Notes under the pieces: generated by a model
The model's database searches: none
Told to the model about the DNA's origin: nothing
What the model saw: the letters and a program-made list of their open reading frames with translations, nothing else
Origin: a virus
IMG/VR virus record: IMGVR_UViG_3300025705_000581
Reading direction: 5' to 3' (one strand)
DNA: 64,000 bases
Part shown: positions 27,916 to 38,200 of the stretch, in pieces
How the letters are laid out: each line of letters begins with the position of its first letter
Numbering within the stretch: the stretch's first letter is position 1
Made by a program: the position numbers and the translations under genes

Positions 27916-30334
27916 CGTCAATCAGTGTTGCCACTATTTTGTATGTTGTACTATTACTACTTGCTGGTGTTCCAACAATTTTAACGTCACCGCCACTTAA
28001 ACTTACATCATATTCTGCAAGTTCAGAACTTGTTGTAATAGTAGCAAACTCTGTTGCGTGTGCGGTTGATCCGTTATGCGTTACCAATATTTTTGTTGTA
28101 TGTCTTTCAGCACCATCTTTCGCGGTAATAACAATTTCAGCACTGCCGTAAGTAGAGGCATCAAATGTATAGAGATCCTGAGGGAAAATGGTTGATGTTG
28201 TAACCTCGGTAGAAACAGATCTTGACTCATCTTGAATAATATCATCATTGACAGTCAAGGAACCAGACATCGTATCGCCTGTTACATTAACGTATCTTAA
28301 ATCACCTTGTGCTTCTGTGATAAAATTTCTTGTTTCTTTTGTTGCTGTCTGTACGTGACCATGAGTATCAAACGTAATGCCTGTTAAGAATTCAAGTGTA
28401 CCAAATGTCTCATCGGCAACAGAAGAAGTATCGCCGTGGTCAATTGTAACATTGGCGGTTAAGGCACCACCACCTGTCAGTGCAGTACCTGCAATTACTT
28501 GTACTGTATTATCAACCTTATCACCTAAGAAGGTATCTACCTCTGTTTCAGTATAATAACGACCATCTAAATCTGTAGACGTTGTGGTTTGAGTATGACC
28601 ATAAGTATCAAAGGTTAAACCAGTAATTACATTACCATCTGCTAATGAAACATCTGTAACTGATGATGTATCGGCGTGGTCCAAAGTTATAACAATGTCG
28701 GAAGCATCATTTAAATTAAATGTGCCTGATCCGTCTATTCCTGCACCGCCAATTACTTGAACTTCACCATTACCAATTTGTCCTGCCGCAGAGTTAGCGG
28801 CTTGTGATAAAATATCAGATGCGTGTAGACCATCAAGTTTATCGGCATCAAGGTTTGATCCTGTTCCATCGTTTGACGTATCATAAAATCCAAGAGCACG
28901 AATATCAGCAGCGGTTTGGTCGGCAGTTGCACCGTCCTCAATTAAATCAAGTTTAGCACCGTCAACCGAAACGTCACGGCCATCAACAGTACCTGTAATA
29001 ATTATATTTCCATTAACTGTGATTTCATCAAACTCATCAACAGTAACATAATAACTACTTCCGTCACCAGTTTCTAAAACCAATGTGCTGTTAGCGGAAA
29101 CCCAACTAAAGTCATCAACGCCGGCAACAGCGGTTGTTGAGGCAGCAGTAATACGACCATCTTCATCAACGGTTATAACAGGAATAGCGGATGCAGTACC
29201 ATATTGCCCAGCAGTCACACCAGTATTTGCTAATTCGGTTACAAAAGAAATAGTACCAGAACTGTTTGTACCTGTACCTTCAATATCACCTGTAAGTACA
29301 ACTGTTAATCCATCGAGTTGTGCACCATCTGCTGAAACATCTCGGCCATCAACAGTACCGGCACCCACCATTGTGATTTCATCAAACTCACTAATTTCTG
29401 TTGAATAAACGGAACCGTCGGATGTAGCAATATTAAATGTTGAGTTAGCACTTGTCCAAGATGTTGCTGAAACACCAGCAACAGCAGCAGTTGTGGCGGC
29501 AGTAATACGTCCATCTTCATCAACTGTAATTACGGGCACCAATGAAGATGAACCGTAAGATCCTGCAGTTACACCAGTATTTGCTAATTCGGTTACAATA
29601 TTAAGGATTGATGTATTGGATGTGGCAGTACCTTCAATATCACCAGTTAAGTTAACGGTAATATCAGTTTCTAATGTATCTAATCTTGCACCGTCTGCAG
29701 CTATGTCACGGCCGTCTACAAGACCTGTGACAGCAATGTCACCGTTAACTGTAATGCCTGTAAACTCATTTATAACCGCGTCATAGTTGGTTCCATCGGA
29801 TGTAGCAATCCTTAGAGTGTTGTTTGCAATGGTCCATGTGAAGTCATCAACACCGCCAACAGAAGTTTCGGATGCCGCTGTAATTCTTCCGTCTTCATCA
29901 ACTGTAATAACTGGTATTTGTGAGGATGAACCATATTGTGCAGCAGTAACACCGGTATTTGCTAACTCGGTGATGAGTTCCATAACACCTGTGTTTGAAA
30001 AGGCAGTACCTGTTACTTTACCTGATAATGTTAAATCAAAGGTAGCGGGTGGTACGTTTGTAAAATTATTGTAATCAAGATAATACGTACCTTCTTGTCC
30101 ATCAAGGAGATCAGCATCTAAACCTGATGTTGCACCGTCAACGGTTTTAATAAGTGTAAGTAAATCTGCGGCGTGTGGTGATAGTTCTTCTACAAAACTA
30201 ACACTTGAATTACCCGACTTAAAGTAAACTTTACCGTCCGCGGTGTTAATAGCGATTTCGCCGAATTCTAATTGTGCTGTATTCGGTACTCGACCGGGAA
30301 TACTACTCCTACGGAGCTTAATTGTTGTTGACAT
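27911..30334 (-). CDS. Tail-fibre-like structural protein with three internal ~118-aa repeats
   Basis: N-term IKLRRSSIPGRVPNTAQLEFGEIAINTADGKVYFK; 3x TELANTGVTA.xYG...PVITVDEDGRITAA; 28-bp exact DNA repeat at 29217-29244 and 29571-29598. Confidence 0.75.
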   Translation of the reverse strand: MSTTIKLRRSSIPGRVPNTAQLEFGEIAINTADGKVYFKSGNSSVSFVEELSPHAADLLTLIKTVDGATSGLDADLLDGQEGTYYLDYNNFTNVPPATFDLTLSGKVTGTAFSNTGVMELITELANTGVTAAQYGSSSQIPVITVDEDGRITAASETSVGGVDDFTWTIANNTLRIATSDGTNYDAVINEFTGITVNGDIAVTGLVDGRDIAADGARLDTLETDITVNLTGDIEGTATSNTSILNIVTELANTGVTAGSYGSSSLVPVITVDEDGRITAATTAAVAGVSATSWTSANSTFNIATSDGSVYSTEISEFDEITMVGAGTVDGRDVSADGAQLDGLTVVLTGDIEGTGTNSSGTISFVTELANTGVTAGQYGTASAIPVITVDEDGRITAASTTAVAGVDDFSWVSANSTLVLETGDGSSYYVTVDEFDEITVNGNIIITGTVDGRDVSVDGAKLDLIEDGATADQTAADIRALGFYDTSNDGTGSNLDADKLDGLHASDILSQAANSAAGQIGNGEVQVIGGAGIDGSGTFNLNDASDIVITLDHADTSSVTDVSLADGNVITGLTFDTYGHTQTTTSTDLDGRYYTETEVDTFLGDKVDNTVQVIAGTALTGGGALTANVTIDHGDTSSVADETFGTLEFLTGITFDTHGHVQTATKETRNFITEAQGDLRYVNVTGDTMSGSLTVNDDIIQDESRSVSTEVTTSTIFPQDLYTFDASTYGSAEIVITAKDGAERHTTKILVTHNGSTAHATEFATITTSSELAEYDVSLSGGDVKIVGTPASSNSTTYKIVATLIDV

Positions 30335-30396
30335 ATCTATGCCTCTTTGTTATAATAGGTATATACCTTAAATGATAATCTATATGGTTTGTCTAA

Positions 30397-33300
30397 TTAA
30401 AATGATCCACCGTCAATCTCATTAACAGCAATTGAAACAGTTCCCGAAGTGACAGTTGTATCTACACCATCAACACCAATGAACTGTAATGTTTCACCTA
30501 AAGTGATTGCTGTATTAGCATCGGTTTCATCAGAAACAGTAAATGTCGGGTTTGCCATTTTAGCATTAGTAACACCGCCATCTTTTAATTGTAACGTATC
30601 AGCAACAATCTCAATTCCAGTGTTATCAACATTAACTGAGAAATCTGTTCCCGTTAATGTTAAACCTTCACCACCTGAATATGTGCCAGCACCAGAGAAC
30701 TGATACCAGATCACATCACCAACACCTAGAACAAATCCTTCAGCATCGGCAACTGTTGCCACATAACCTGTATTTTTATTTTGAGTACCATCAGTTACGA
30801 ATTGAAATGCACCAGGAATTTCTGATGTTTCATTAAAGTATTCACCACGAGTAAGTACCCATGCTGTTGTACCATCGCCAACAGTTGTTACTTCGTATGA
30901 ACCATTTTCAATTTCATCAGTCTGATCTTTAACAAGTACTCTATCACCAACTTCCCACTCCGTTACGCCATCCAATTCAAATGCAGCAAGTGTACCGTTA
31001 TTTGTGAGTGTCCCATCAGTGTTATTATATGTCGCATTTAAATCAGCAGTTGTTGCAGCAAGCGCCGATGGAATAACTCTTAAACCTTGAGCAACACTAT
31101 CAACATAAACCTTTGTAGCTGCATCCTGGTCATTTGTAGGATCAAGCAGGTTTAGTAATCTGTTGCTACTAAAATCAATTGTATTCGTTGATGAGTCAAT
31201 TGTGTTATTATTAAATGTAAGATCGGCAACATCTAATTGAGTTTCAATATTAACTTGTTTTAAATTTGAATCTGTGCCACCTGGGTGTAAGAAATATGAT
31301 GTGGATTCAGTATCAACAAATCTTTCGGCAATTACATCACCGCTTTCCACATAGAAATCTGATGTATCTTTACGGCCATAGAACACATAATTAAATGCGT
31401 CATTGAGCTGACCGATTTTTGTACCATCAGAATAGAGTGTTGCGGTTCCTGTAGAACCTTCCATTTTAATTTGAGCAGCGTTTTGTAAATAACCAACACG
31501 GATTGTGTTCAAACGAGATTCAGATGCAAAATCACCATAGAACCTAACATCAGAACTATCACGGAACCGAGGTGCATCAAGGTTACCGGTCATTGTATCA
31601 CCAGTTACGTTGATATATCTTGCATCAATTGTACCGACATTAAGTGCAACATTTTGAGCATATCCTGGTGCAGGTGTGCCTGTTGTTGTGATACCAAATC
31701 CTGCCGTAACAGAACCGACATAATTAGCGGTAAGTTCAACATTTAATTTATCGGTTGGGTCATCGTATGTAATAGAAACTCCGTCTTCGGTATTGTTTCT
31801 AAACATTTCACCGATAAGATCGTGTACCGTTTCTGTAAAGTCAGGAATAGCGTTTGCTTGAAGTTCAACAGGAATTTCTGTAGCGAATGTAACTTGACCT
31901 TGTTCGTTAAGAACAACACGAGCGGTAAAACCATCGTTACCATATGAGCCTGGTGTAACACCTGTATCCTGAATACCAATACTGATTGCGTTATTACCAG
32001 CATCTTCATTAAAAGCAATAAGACCATTACCAAGTGTAAGTGTCGGGTTTTGGATAAGGTTAACTGAGTTAAACGTGTTTGCTTCATCAATGACTGTTAA
32101 CTGTGAAGTAAATGCGTTAGCGAGGTAACCTAATGGCACAGCATCAGTATTTGCTACAGGTGTACCAAGGTTTGAAATAATATGGCCACTTACGTCAATT
32201 TTATCTGAGGCTGTATTAGCGCCAAGTACAAGATCGCCGTTTGCGGATGCAATACTATTTACATCTAAAATAATATCATCAACCACCATTTTTCCATTGA
32301 CAGAAAATAATCCTGTGTTATAATCAATTATGACTTTTGATAATCCACTACCAAATTTTAATGATCCATCAGAATCAATCTGCATGGCAATCTGATTATT
32401 TGCAAAGAAATCTAATTGGTTATTATCAGCACCTGGTGAAGACTCGGCACGTATAAAGGTATTTTGGTCAACATCAATAACACCACCAAGGCCAGTCCAT
32501 GCTGTGCCATTGTATGCTTCAAATCTAGCATCCTGTGTGTTATAACGGATCATACCTTGTTCGGCTGTAGGTCTTTCCGACACATTCCCAACTGGAATTA
32601 TGAAACCACCTGTAGAATTAACTTTTACAACATCGGCGGTAAGTTTAATAAAGTCAGCAGCATTTCTTATTTCAGCAACATATGCCGCTAACCAATCTTT
32701 AGTCGCAGATCCCAATGTATAAGTATCAGTTACATCAGGGATCAGGTTACTTTCAAAATCAGCACTAACTGTAATTGCGTCTGTATCGGCATCACCGATT
32801 TGAATATTACCGCCAATAGTTACATTACCTGTTACACCAAGGTCACCGCTGATTTGCGTATCACCTGTTAAGTAATCAATTGTAAACTTATTTAATCCAT
32901 CACCAAATTTAAACAAACCAACTTCAGATAGTTGTAATCTTTCGGTACCTGCTGTAAAGAATTGTATCTGGTCATTATCGGCACCGCTTGATGATTCGGC
33001 AACAATTTTTGTATCTCGGTCAAGGTCAATAACTGAACCTGCAATTGAACTCCATGAACCTGTATTATCAAATCCTTCAAACCTTTGGTCATCTGTATTA
33101 TAACGGATCATCCCAGTTTGAGGTGAAGGTCTTTCGAGTGTTGTACCTTTCGGGAATTGAATTGCACCAGTCAGATTAAACTCTGCAACTTCACTATGAC
33201 CTAGTTGAATATTATCGTTAATGGTAATAGAGCTATTTGCTTCAATACTGCCATTCGTATTAATAATAAGTTGCTGTGTTCCACCAACAAAGAATTTTAA

Positions 33301-34764
33301 TTCATCGTTGTCGGCATTTGGTGTTGTTTCCGCCTGAACAAATGTATCTTGGTCGGTGTCAATTGTACCGCCTAGACCTGCCCAAGCTATACCATTATAA
33401 CCTTCAAACCTTGTCTGATCGGTATTGAAACGTACCATACCTGCAGCAGGCTGTGTTCTTTCTGCCTGTGTTCCAACAGGTAATACCAAACCACCATTCC
33501 CAACAATTGTCAGAACATTATCAGGTGTAGTAATGGTATCAAGAATTTGCTGTTCGTTTACACTAAACTCAGTTCCTGTTAATGTTAAACCTTCACCAGC
33601 AGTGAATGTGCCCACACCTTGGAATTGAACCCAACTAATCGAATGAACGTCAATCTCAAAAGTTTCGGCATCGGCAACAGTTGCAACAAAACCTTTATTC
33701 TTGTTTACAATACCGTCGGTTACAAACTCAAAAGTACCTGGTATTTCAACACTTTCATTATTGAAATCTGATCTTGCAAAAATCCATTCCAAATTAGCAG
33801 TTGGATCACCAACTTGTACAAGGTCATAAGAACCGTTTTCAACAGGGTTTGCCTGATCTTTAACAAGAAGTTGTGATCCTACAGTCCAATTTGAAACACC
33901 ATCAATTTCAATTGTAAAGGCTTCAGGTAATGTGATTGTGGTATCTATCGCCGAGTTACCAGCTTCAAATACAGCACCTGGGAATGTAACACCAAGATCT
34001 TCGGTTGTTGCTGCAAGTGATGATGGGCGAACCGAAATACCTTGGGCAACATTATCAACATATCTTTTATTTGTTGCGTCAGTTGGTTTAACGGGATCTG
34101 AGATAATCAAAAGACTTAATTCAAGTGCTTCGAGTGTATCACCAAGATAGTTATTTGTAACAACGTCATACGGATCAATAGGATCACGGACATTAACAAT
34201 TCTATGGTTTGTCATATCAATGACGTTATCAACAGGCGGCGTTAAGGTAATATTACCTGATCCTGAAATCCCAGAACCTGTAATTGTTAGGTCGCCAACC
34301 TGTATAAGGTTTAGCCCTAAGAATTGGTCAGTTGTTCCACCTAATGTAATTGCAGTATTACCAAACGTAATATCGTTTGAACTGATTATATTATTAGCTG
34401 CTGTAAAGTTTGTAGGATTTAATTCTGTGTTTGTTAAATCAGTCAAATGCCCAAATTGGTCAAGTGAAATATTTTTAACAAAACCTAATGGAGAGTTTGC
34501 GGTGTTTGCTTGGTCTGATGTATTAACGTGGGTAATAGTTACATTAGCGGACTCGCCGCCATCACCGCCAAGTGTTTGGACCGTAATACCGTCGCCTGCA
34601 AAAATCTCTCTTGTATATGGACCAATCGTATCAACACCAAGTACAACAGAATCAGGTACAATAACGGGTTTCTTTTCACCCTGGGCAATAATCGGTCTTA
34701 ATGTGTCTTGCTTTGGTACCGAACGTATTGAACGTGAACCGCCGACTTTTACTTTAATGGCCAC
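30397..34764 (-). CDS. Large virion structural/fibre protein
   Basis: 1455 aa; 3x GM(I/V)R(Y/F)NT...FE(G/A)...W...ID.D..T...AE...DN...FF repeats; 2x ATT.DL...LVKDQ...ENGSY.V modules; ends EIDGGSF. Confidence 0.75.
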   Translation of the reverse strand: MAIKVKVGGSRSIRSVPKQDTLRPIIAQGEKKPVIVPDSVVLGVDTIGPYTREIFAGDGITVQTLGGDGGESANVTITHVNTSDQANTANSPLGFVKNISLDQFGHLTDLTNTELNPTNFTAANNIISSNDITFGNTAITLGGTTDQFLGLNLIQVGDLTITGSGISGSGNITLTPPVDNVIDMTNHRIVNVRDPIDPYDVVTNNYLGDTLEALELSLLIISDPVKPTDATNKRYVDNVAQGISVRPSSLAATTEDLGVTFPGAVFEAGNSAIDTTITLPEAFTIEIDGVSNWTVGSQLLVKDQANPVENGSYDLVQVGDPTANLEWIFARSDFNNESVEIPGTFEFVTDGIVNKNKGFVATVADAETFEIDVHSISWVQFQGVGTFTAGEGLTLTGTEFSVNEQQILDTITTPDNVLTIVGNGGLVLPVGTQAERTQPAAGMVRFNTDQTRFEGYNGIAWAGLGGTIDTDQDTFVQAETTPNADNDELKFFVGGTQQLIINTNGSIEANSSITINDNIQLGHSEVAEFNLTGAIQFPKGTTLERPSPQTGMIRYNTDDQRFEGFDNTGSWSSIAGSVIDLDRDTKIVAESSSGADNDQIQFFTAGTERLQLSEVGLFKFGDGLNKFTIDYLTGDTQISGDLGVTGNVTIGGNIQIGDADTDAITVSADFESNLIPDVTDTYTLGSATKDWLAAYVAEIRNAADFIKLTADVVKVNSTGGFIIPVGNVSERPTAEQGMIRYNTQDARFEAYNGTAWTGLGGVIDVDQNTFIRAESSPGADNNQLDFFANNQIAMQIDSDGSLKFGSGLSKVIIDYNTGLFSVNGKMVVDDIILDVNSIASANGDLVLGANTASDKIDVSGHIISNLGTPVANTDAVPLGYLANAFTSQLTVIDEANTFNSVNLIQNPTLTLGNGLIAFNEDAGNNAISIGIQDTGVTPGSYGNDGFTARVVLNEQGQVTFATEIPVELQANAIPDFTETVHDLIGEMFRNNTEDGVSITYDDPTDKLNVELTANYVGSVTAGFGITTTGTPAPGYAQNVALNVGTIDARYINVTGDTMTGNLDAPRFRDSSDVRFYGDFASESRLNTIRVGYLQNAAQIKMEGSTGTATLYSDGTKIGQLNDAFNYVFYGRKDTSDFYVESGDVIAERFVDTESTSYFLHPGGTDSNLKQVNIETQLDVADLTFNNNTIDSSTNTIDFSSNRLLNLLDPTNDQDAATKVYVDSVAQGLRVIPSALAATTADLNATYNNTDGTLTNNGTLAAFELDGVTEWEVGDRVLVKDQTDEIENGSYEVTTVGDGTTAWVLTRGEYFNETSEIPGAFQFVTDGTQNKNTGYVATVADAEGFVLGVGDVIWYQFSGAGTYSGGEGLTLTGTDFSVNVDNTGIEIVADTLQLKDGGVTNAKMANPTFTVSDETDANTAITLGETLQFIGVDGVDTTVTSGTVSIAVNEIDGGSF

Positions 34765-34767
34765 GTG

Positions 34768-35094
34768 TTAAACCTCCGTGATTGTTGAGACGACAAATGC
34801 CAGTCCTTCAACAATTTTAGACATCTCCCCGGTAGTCTTTTTCATTAAAACATCGTATTGGTATTTACCAGGCTTCAAAGTGCGGGTAACATCATCTGTT
34901 AAGACAAGTGTAATATCGTTATTAGCTTTTTCAATATCAAAGTCCGCGACCGTTAAAGTCGAGTACATTTTCTTCATACTTGAATAAAAATTATAAGTCG
35001 CTATGCCAAGCTCAGCATTTTCATCATCATAAAGATCAAAACTAATACGAAAGTCTGAACCTTGGTCAATGTATATGTTTGCTCTTGATGCCAT
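34768..35094 (-). CDS. Small Ig-like virion protein
   Basis: ANIYIDQGSDF...LVLTDDVTRTLKPGKYQYDVLM...KIVEGLAFV, a pattern common in T4-like phage structural regions. Confidence 0.7.
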   Translation of the reverse strand: MASRANIYIDQGSDFRISFDLYDDENAELGIATYNFYSSMKKMYSTLTVADFDIEKANNDITLVLTDDVTRTLKPGKYQYDVLMKKTTGEMSKIVEGLAFVVSTITEV

Positions 35095-35124
35095 ATCTCA
35101 ATTCTCTTTTTATGCTATTTACTT

Positions 35125-35132
35125 TATTTATA
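35125..35132 (-). promoter_or_regulatory. T4-type late promoter
   Basis: Exact TATAAATA just downstream of the terminator and upstream of 34768-35094. Confidence 0.78.
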
Positions 35133-35150
35133 ATATTCTCATCTATATTT

Positions 35151-35179
35151 AAAAAAAGGGAGCACAAAGCCCCCTTTTT
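35151..35179 (-). terminator. Rho-independent terminator after the collagen-like fibre gene
   Basis: Minus-strand RNA AAAAAGGGGGC-UUUGU-GCUCCC-UUUUUUU: 6-bp stem with one G-U pair, extended by A-U pairs, U7 tail. Confidence 0.8.
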
Positions 35180-35201
35180 AACTTGTGCTATGGGAATATT
35201 A

Positions 35202-38200
35202 TTATTGATTTAAATTATCAACTTCCTCTTTGAGATCCTTAATTGCTTCGATAAGTAATCCGACAATGTTACCGTAAGCAACAGCTTTCATTCCATCATC
35301 TGTTGTGTTAATAACTTCTGGTAAGATTTCTTCAACCTCTTGGGCAATAACACCTAGTTTTACTTTACCTAAAGCAGCTTTTCTCTCATATGTAACACCG
35401 CGCATACTTAACACTTTATTAAGCGCATTGGTAATAGTTTCAATATTAGTTTTTGTTCTTACATCAGATTGTGCGTTAATATCACCTGTTGATGTAAAGT
35501 TACCAGTTCCCATTGCAAACGTAAATCTCAATGTACCGTTATCTCTAATAGTATAATCAATACCTGTATCCATGTTTAATGTAACCTCGGCATCCGCAGA
35601 TGCATATGCAAATGCACCACCAATTGAGCTACCAAATGCAAGCTGAAGGTCATTTTGGAACCTTAATTCACCGCCTGTTTTTACATCTGATACCGAAGCT
35701 TCGAGGAAGTCACCTGATCCACCGTTAAGTGTACCTGTTACAACCAAGTTACCATCAACATTCAAATTCTCAACAGTTAATTCGTCATTAGTACCTGTAT
35801 AGAAGAAGTTTGAATCACCACCTGGGTTAGGTGATAGTGTTGCATATAATGGTTGTGCTCCGCCGCCTGCTTGTGTCATAGTAAGGAACAATGGTGAACC
35901 TTGTAATGCTGTTCCATATAGATCGTTTGTTTCAATTGCTTGGGCATCGGCATCACCTTGAATACCTTGCATACCCTGAACACCATCTGCACCAATAATA
36001 CCTTGTGGGCCTTGCGGACCTTGGTTACCTTGAATACCATCTTGCCCAACACCTTGAATACCTTGTGGACCCGGCCCACCTTGGAAACCTTGAACGCCTT
36101 GAACGCCTTGGGTACCTGCACCTGTGAAACCTTGAAGACCATCATCACCCGGTCCACCTTGAACACCTTGCATACCCTGAGTACCGCCACCACCGCTAAG
36201 ACCTTGTGGACCTTGTACGGACTGAATACCTTGATAACCTTGGATACCTTGAGAACCGCCTCCGCCGCCCTCACCTTGAATACCTGGCCCACCTTGGATA
36301 CCTTGAATACCTTGGTTGCCTTCACCACCAGGACCTTGAATACCATCGTCACCGATAATACCTTGAGTACCTTGAAGACCGCCTTGACCTTCTTCACCTG
36401 AAATACCTTGAACACCTTGATAACCTTGAGCACCTTGTGTACCATCAGCACCTTGGCCATCTACACCTTGGAAACCTTGTGTACCTTGAATACCAAATCC
36501 TTGGTTACCTTGAACACCTTGGATACCTTGTGGTCCATCACCACCGAATGTACCTTGAGCACCAATACCTTGGATACCTTGCGTACCCTGAATACCTGTT
36601 CCTGTTTCACCTTGAGCACCAGTAAATCCTTGTGTACCTTGAATACCTTGAGCACCAAATCCTGCGGGACCTACCTCACCTTGAACACCTTGGTCACCTT
36701 GTAAACCTTGAGCGCCTTGTGTACCTTGCGAACCTGCTGAACCAACACCGCCTGCACCTTGGAAACCTTGGAAACCAAGATCACCTTGGAAACCTTGTGT
36801 ACCCTGCAAACCTTGCGTACCTTGGAAACCGTCACCACCTGTAGCACCGTCTTGGCCTGTAGTACCTTGCGGGCCTTGTGGACCTTGGGCACCTTGATTA
36901 CCATCACCTGCAGTACCTTGAGCACCTTCTTCACCGGCATCACCTTGTAGGCCTTGAGGACCTTGAATACCTTGAAGACCAACAGCACCGGTAAAACCCT
37001 GTGTTCCTTGAGGACCTTGGGTACCTTGAGCACCCTGAAGACCTTGTTCACCTTGGTCACCTGTTCTTGCAAACGTAATTCTAACATCAGAATTATTTCC
37101 AAATGATGTAACGGAACCTGTTAAGAAAGTACAGTCATATTCAAAATAGCCTGATCTTTCAATAACGTCATTAATTCTAAATGCAACATAGTTACTTGTT
37201 GTTGTACCATCAATAACTCTAAAGAAACCTTTTACAGCGCTTGTCGGTTCATCTGTTGTTCTTAAGAATGCTTGAACATCGGTAAACGTGTCATCTCGGT
37301 CGTCAATACGCATTTCAGTTGCAGCAGCAATATTTGCCGCATTGAATTTAAGTAAACCAACACCTGGATCTGAAGTATCTGTTGCGGTACTAAATGTATA
37401 ATCAAGAGTCATACCACCAAATTCACCGGCAGGACCTAAGTCACCTTGAATACCTGTTGTACCTTGGATAGATTGTGGACCTTGTGTACCTTGGTTACCT
37501 AAGTCACCTTGAGTACCTTGCCAGCCCTGAGTACCTTGCCAGCCCTGAGTACCTTGCGGACCCTGAACTCCTTGTAATCCTTGCGGACCTTGGACGCCTT
37601 GGTCACCTTGTAATCCTTGAGTACCTTGCGGACCAACTTCGGATGTAAAGATATTCCCAATCATTCCTGAGTGAATAGAACATTGATAAACTAAAGTAGC
37701 AGGAGCATTAAACGGCACCCTGAATATCAATCTACCAGTTTCATCATTACCGACAATTGTTATGCCGTTGGTGTAATCTGATCCACCTGCGCCTGTTCTA
37801 ATTTTAAATGGGTGGCCTGATACATTCAAATCAAATGTATAAGTAAATCCTCTCAACAGATGTAGGTTAGGTTGTGTTACGCCGTCAACTTCATATGAAG
37901 TAGAACCCGTATTTGTTACAACAAATTCTCTGCCGCCTTCCATACCTTGAACACCTTGGAAACCCTGGAAGCCTTGTGTTCCTTGATCTCCTTGGAAACC
38001 CTGAGTACCTTGTGCTCCTTGGAAGCCTTGAGTACCTTGTGAGCCTTCATCACCTTGAATACCGAGTGTACCTTGGAAACCCTGAGTACCTTGCCAACCT
38101 TGCGTTCCTTGAATACCCTGCGTACCTTGAGCGCCTTGAAAACCTTGAGTACCTTGGAAACCGGTAAATCCTTGAATACCAATAGTACCTTGTGGACCTT

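Noticed and set aside
30357-30368. Perfect 12-bp palindrome AGGTATATACCT in a spacer
   Set aside because: Single copy, AT-rich, no U-tract; could be an operator but may be chance
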